From the NCBI GenBank assembly GCA_945900755.1, contig CAMDKS010000018.1, positions 1,201 through 65,200 on the forward strand: a DNA stretch of 64,000 nucleotides, written 5' to 3'. The stretch comes from Bdellovibrio sp. ZAP7 (GTDB lineage Bacteria > Bdellovibrionota_B > Oligoflexia > Oligoflexales > RGVZ01). The notes under the pieces are model-generated. The model made no database searches. It had not been told where the DNA came from and saw nothing but the letters and a program-made list of their open reading frames with translations. This document shows positions 62,751 to 64,000 of the stretch, one piece after another (position 1 is the stretch's first letter; each line of letters opens with the position of its first letter). Both the position numbers and the translations under genes were made by a program.

Positions 62751-63772
62751 TGACCTGACCCGTGATTTTTTGCGGAGATCTCAAACGCGATATTAGTTTT
62801 TTCCTTTAAACCATTCCAAAACGAGGCTGCGTCCATGTCTTTGCCGCCAGAAGGCTTCAATCGCATGATCGACACCGTCCCTTGACCGCACTGCACGATG
62901 AGAGACCTTGATGGTTTATCAAAATGAATGGCTCCAAACGGCCCAGAGGCAGGAGCCATTAAATGCGGCCGCATTTCGGTGATACTAACTCGACGCTCTG
63001 CCAAAATGGTCCAAGATCCAGGCCACGGCTCAAACGCACGATAGCGATTCACAATAGTTTGCGCAGACTCGGACCAGTCGATAGCTCCCATGTCTTTGGT
63101 GATTTTTTTACAGAAGGTCGCTTTTGCGTCCTCCTGCGGCGTGCCGTTATACTCGAAATCGGTGGCCAGCTTTTTTAAGACACCAAGCAGCATGATGCCG
63201 CTTGCTTCAAATAATCGTGCAGTCAGCTGCCCGCTCGTCTCTGTCGATTCAATAGCAAAGTCTTTTTGTACAATAATATTTCCGGCATCTAGTGGCTTAA
63301 TGGTAAATAAAATTGTGACGGCTGTTGTTGTCAAGCCATCGAGCAAGGCTGCGGGCACGGGAGTGGCCCCGCGGTATTCGGGAAGTCTACTCGGATGAAT
63401 ATTGATGGTGCCAATTCTTGGAATCGCCAAGAAAGCGTCCGATAGTATTTGCCCATAGGCAGCGGTAATAATGATGTCAGGTTTTAGGGCCGCAAGGTCT
63501 GCAAGAAACTCGGGAGACCGAGCCTTCTCTGGCTGTAGACATTTTATTTGATGCGCCTTAGCAAACGTAGCAACGGGCGGATCTTCGAGCCGTCCACCTC
63601 TACCCGAGGGCCGAGCTGGTTGGCTCACAACTCCGACCAATTCAAGACCTAAGGATTCTTCTGTCGATGCGTCGACGGTCCTGTCCACCAATTTTGAGGC
63701 CGACGCACGCTCACAAAGAAGCCTCAAAGGGGCGACTACTTCAGCCGGCGAACCCATAAAAATTATACGCAT
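62747..63772 (-). CDS. fmt: Methionyl-tRNA formyltransferase
   Basis: MRIIFMGSPAEV, VVSQPARPSGRG, TINIHPSRLPEYRGATP and a C-terminal OB-like domain. The ATG at 63772 is preferred over the track start at 63796. Confidence 0.85.
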   Translation of the reverse strand: MRIIFMGSPAEVVAPLRLLCERASASKLVDRTVDASTEESLGLELVGVVSQPARPSGRGGRLEDPPVATFAKAHQIKCLQPEKARSPEFLADLAALKPDIIITAAYGQILSDAFLAIPRIGTINIHPSRLPEYRGATPVPAALLDGLTTTAVTILFTIKPLDAGNIIVQKDFAIESTETSGQLTARLFEASGIMLLGVLKKLATDFEYNGTPQEDAKATFCKKITKDMGAIDWSESAQTIVNRYRAFEPWPGSWTILAERRVSITEMRPHLMAPASGPFGAIHFDKPSRSLIVQCGQGTVSIMRLKPSGGKDMDAASFWNGLKEKTNIAFEISAKNHGSGQ

Positions 63773-63981
63773 GATTATCGTCCAAAAGGCGGGCACAGAT
63801 CGAAAAGGAGATCAATTTACAGGCAGACTATAGGCAACCGCTCTCGTCTGGTCAAGTGAACTCGTTATGTGCTAGGATTTCTGCGATCGAAATGACGATC
63901 AAAAAGACGACCGAATGGACGATTGAGCTGCCTATTTTCTGTCGCCTGCTCCCAGAAACAAAGTGCCGCAGGAGTTTAACT

Positions 63982-64000
63982 ATGTCAAAAGATTTAATAC
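63982..64000 (+). CDS. Start of an unidentified gene (MSKDLI...), truncated by the window edge
   Basis: AGGAG lies 7 nt upstream of the ATG at 63982. Only 6 codons are visible. Confidence 0.3.

Noticed and set aside
63600-63720. An insertion of about 20 aa (ASKLVDRTVDASTEESLGLE) in Fmt relative to the E. coli enzyme
   Set aside because: It is a lineage-specific loop in a housekeeping enzyme. There is no evidence of functional novelty from sequence alone.

Overview
Bacterial chromosomal window, mid-GC by eye, with no rRNA and no CRISPR array.

The left half (747-33744) is accessory DNA. Two integrative islands are stacked in tandem at the 3' end of an initiator tRNA-fMet gene. The intact tRNA is at 33669-33744 on the minus strand. 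Exact 53-nt and 47-nt copies of its 3' end lie at 10234-10286 and 747-793.

Island A (794-10233, about 9.4 kb) has a phage-satellite-like gene set: tyrosine integrase, excisionase-like HTH, Prim-Pol primase, DUF3987-type protein, small-terminase-like HTH protein, HicAB and a Kelch lipoprotein.

Island B (10287-33668, about 23.4 kb) is a defence-type island. It contains:
- a tightly coupled four-gene operon (16420-26047): DUF499-type P-loop ATPase, small DUF3780-like protein, DUF1156-type DPPY methyltransferase, and an HKD(PLD)-SNF2 helicase fusion;
- a translationally coupled pair (12126-14044): a multi-TM protein ending in a NaK-like TLGDG pore loop, plus an unassignable 240-aa protein;
- an Mrr type IV restriction enzyme;
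- an extra 682-aa tyrosine recombinase with a LexA-like wHTH partner;
- an RHH protein facing a palindromic operator;
- an integrase pseudogene and a small-terminase remnant.

The right half (33795-64000) is core genome: aconitase, a HAMP protein, rsmE, prmA, TPR proteins, mtnD, a YihY-family protein, a two-component system, an FtsX/MacB-type ABC system whose permease carries an (HHEEG)n insert, a consensus sigma-54 promoter, a sigma-54 activator, flgB-flgC-fliE-fliF-(no fliG)-fliH-fliI-fliJ, a polyprenyl synthase, purN and fmt.

Gene content is reminiscent of a Bdellovibrio-like organism, but taxonomy cannot be settled without a search. All family names come from motif recognition by eye, not from database hits.
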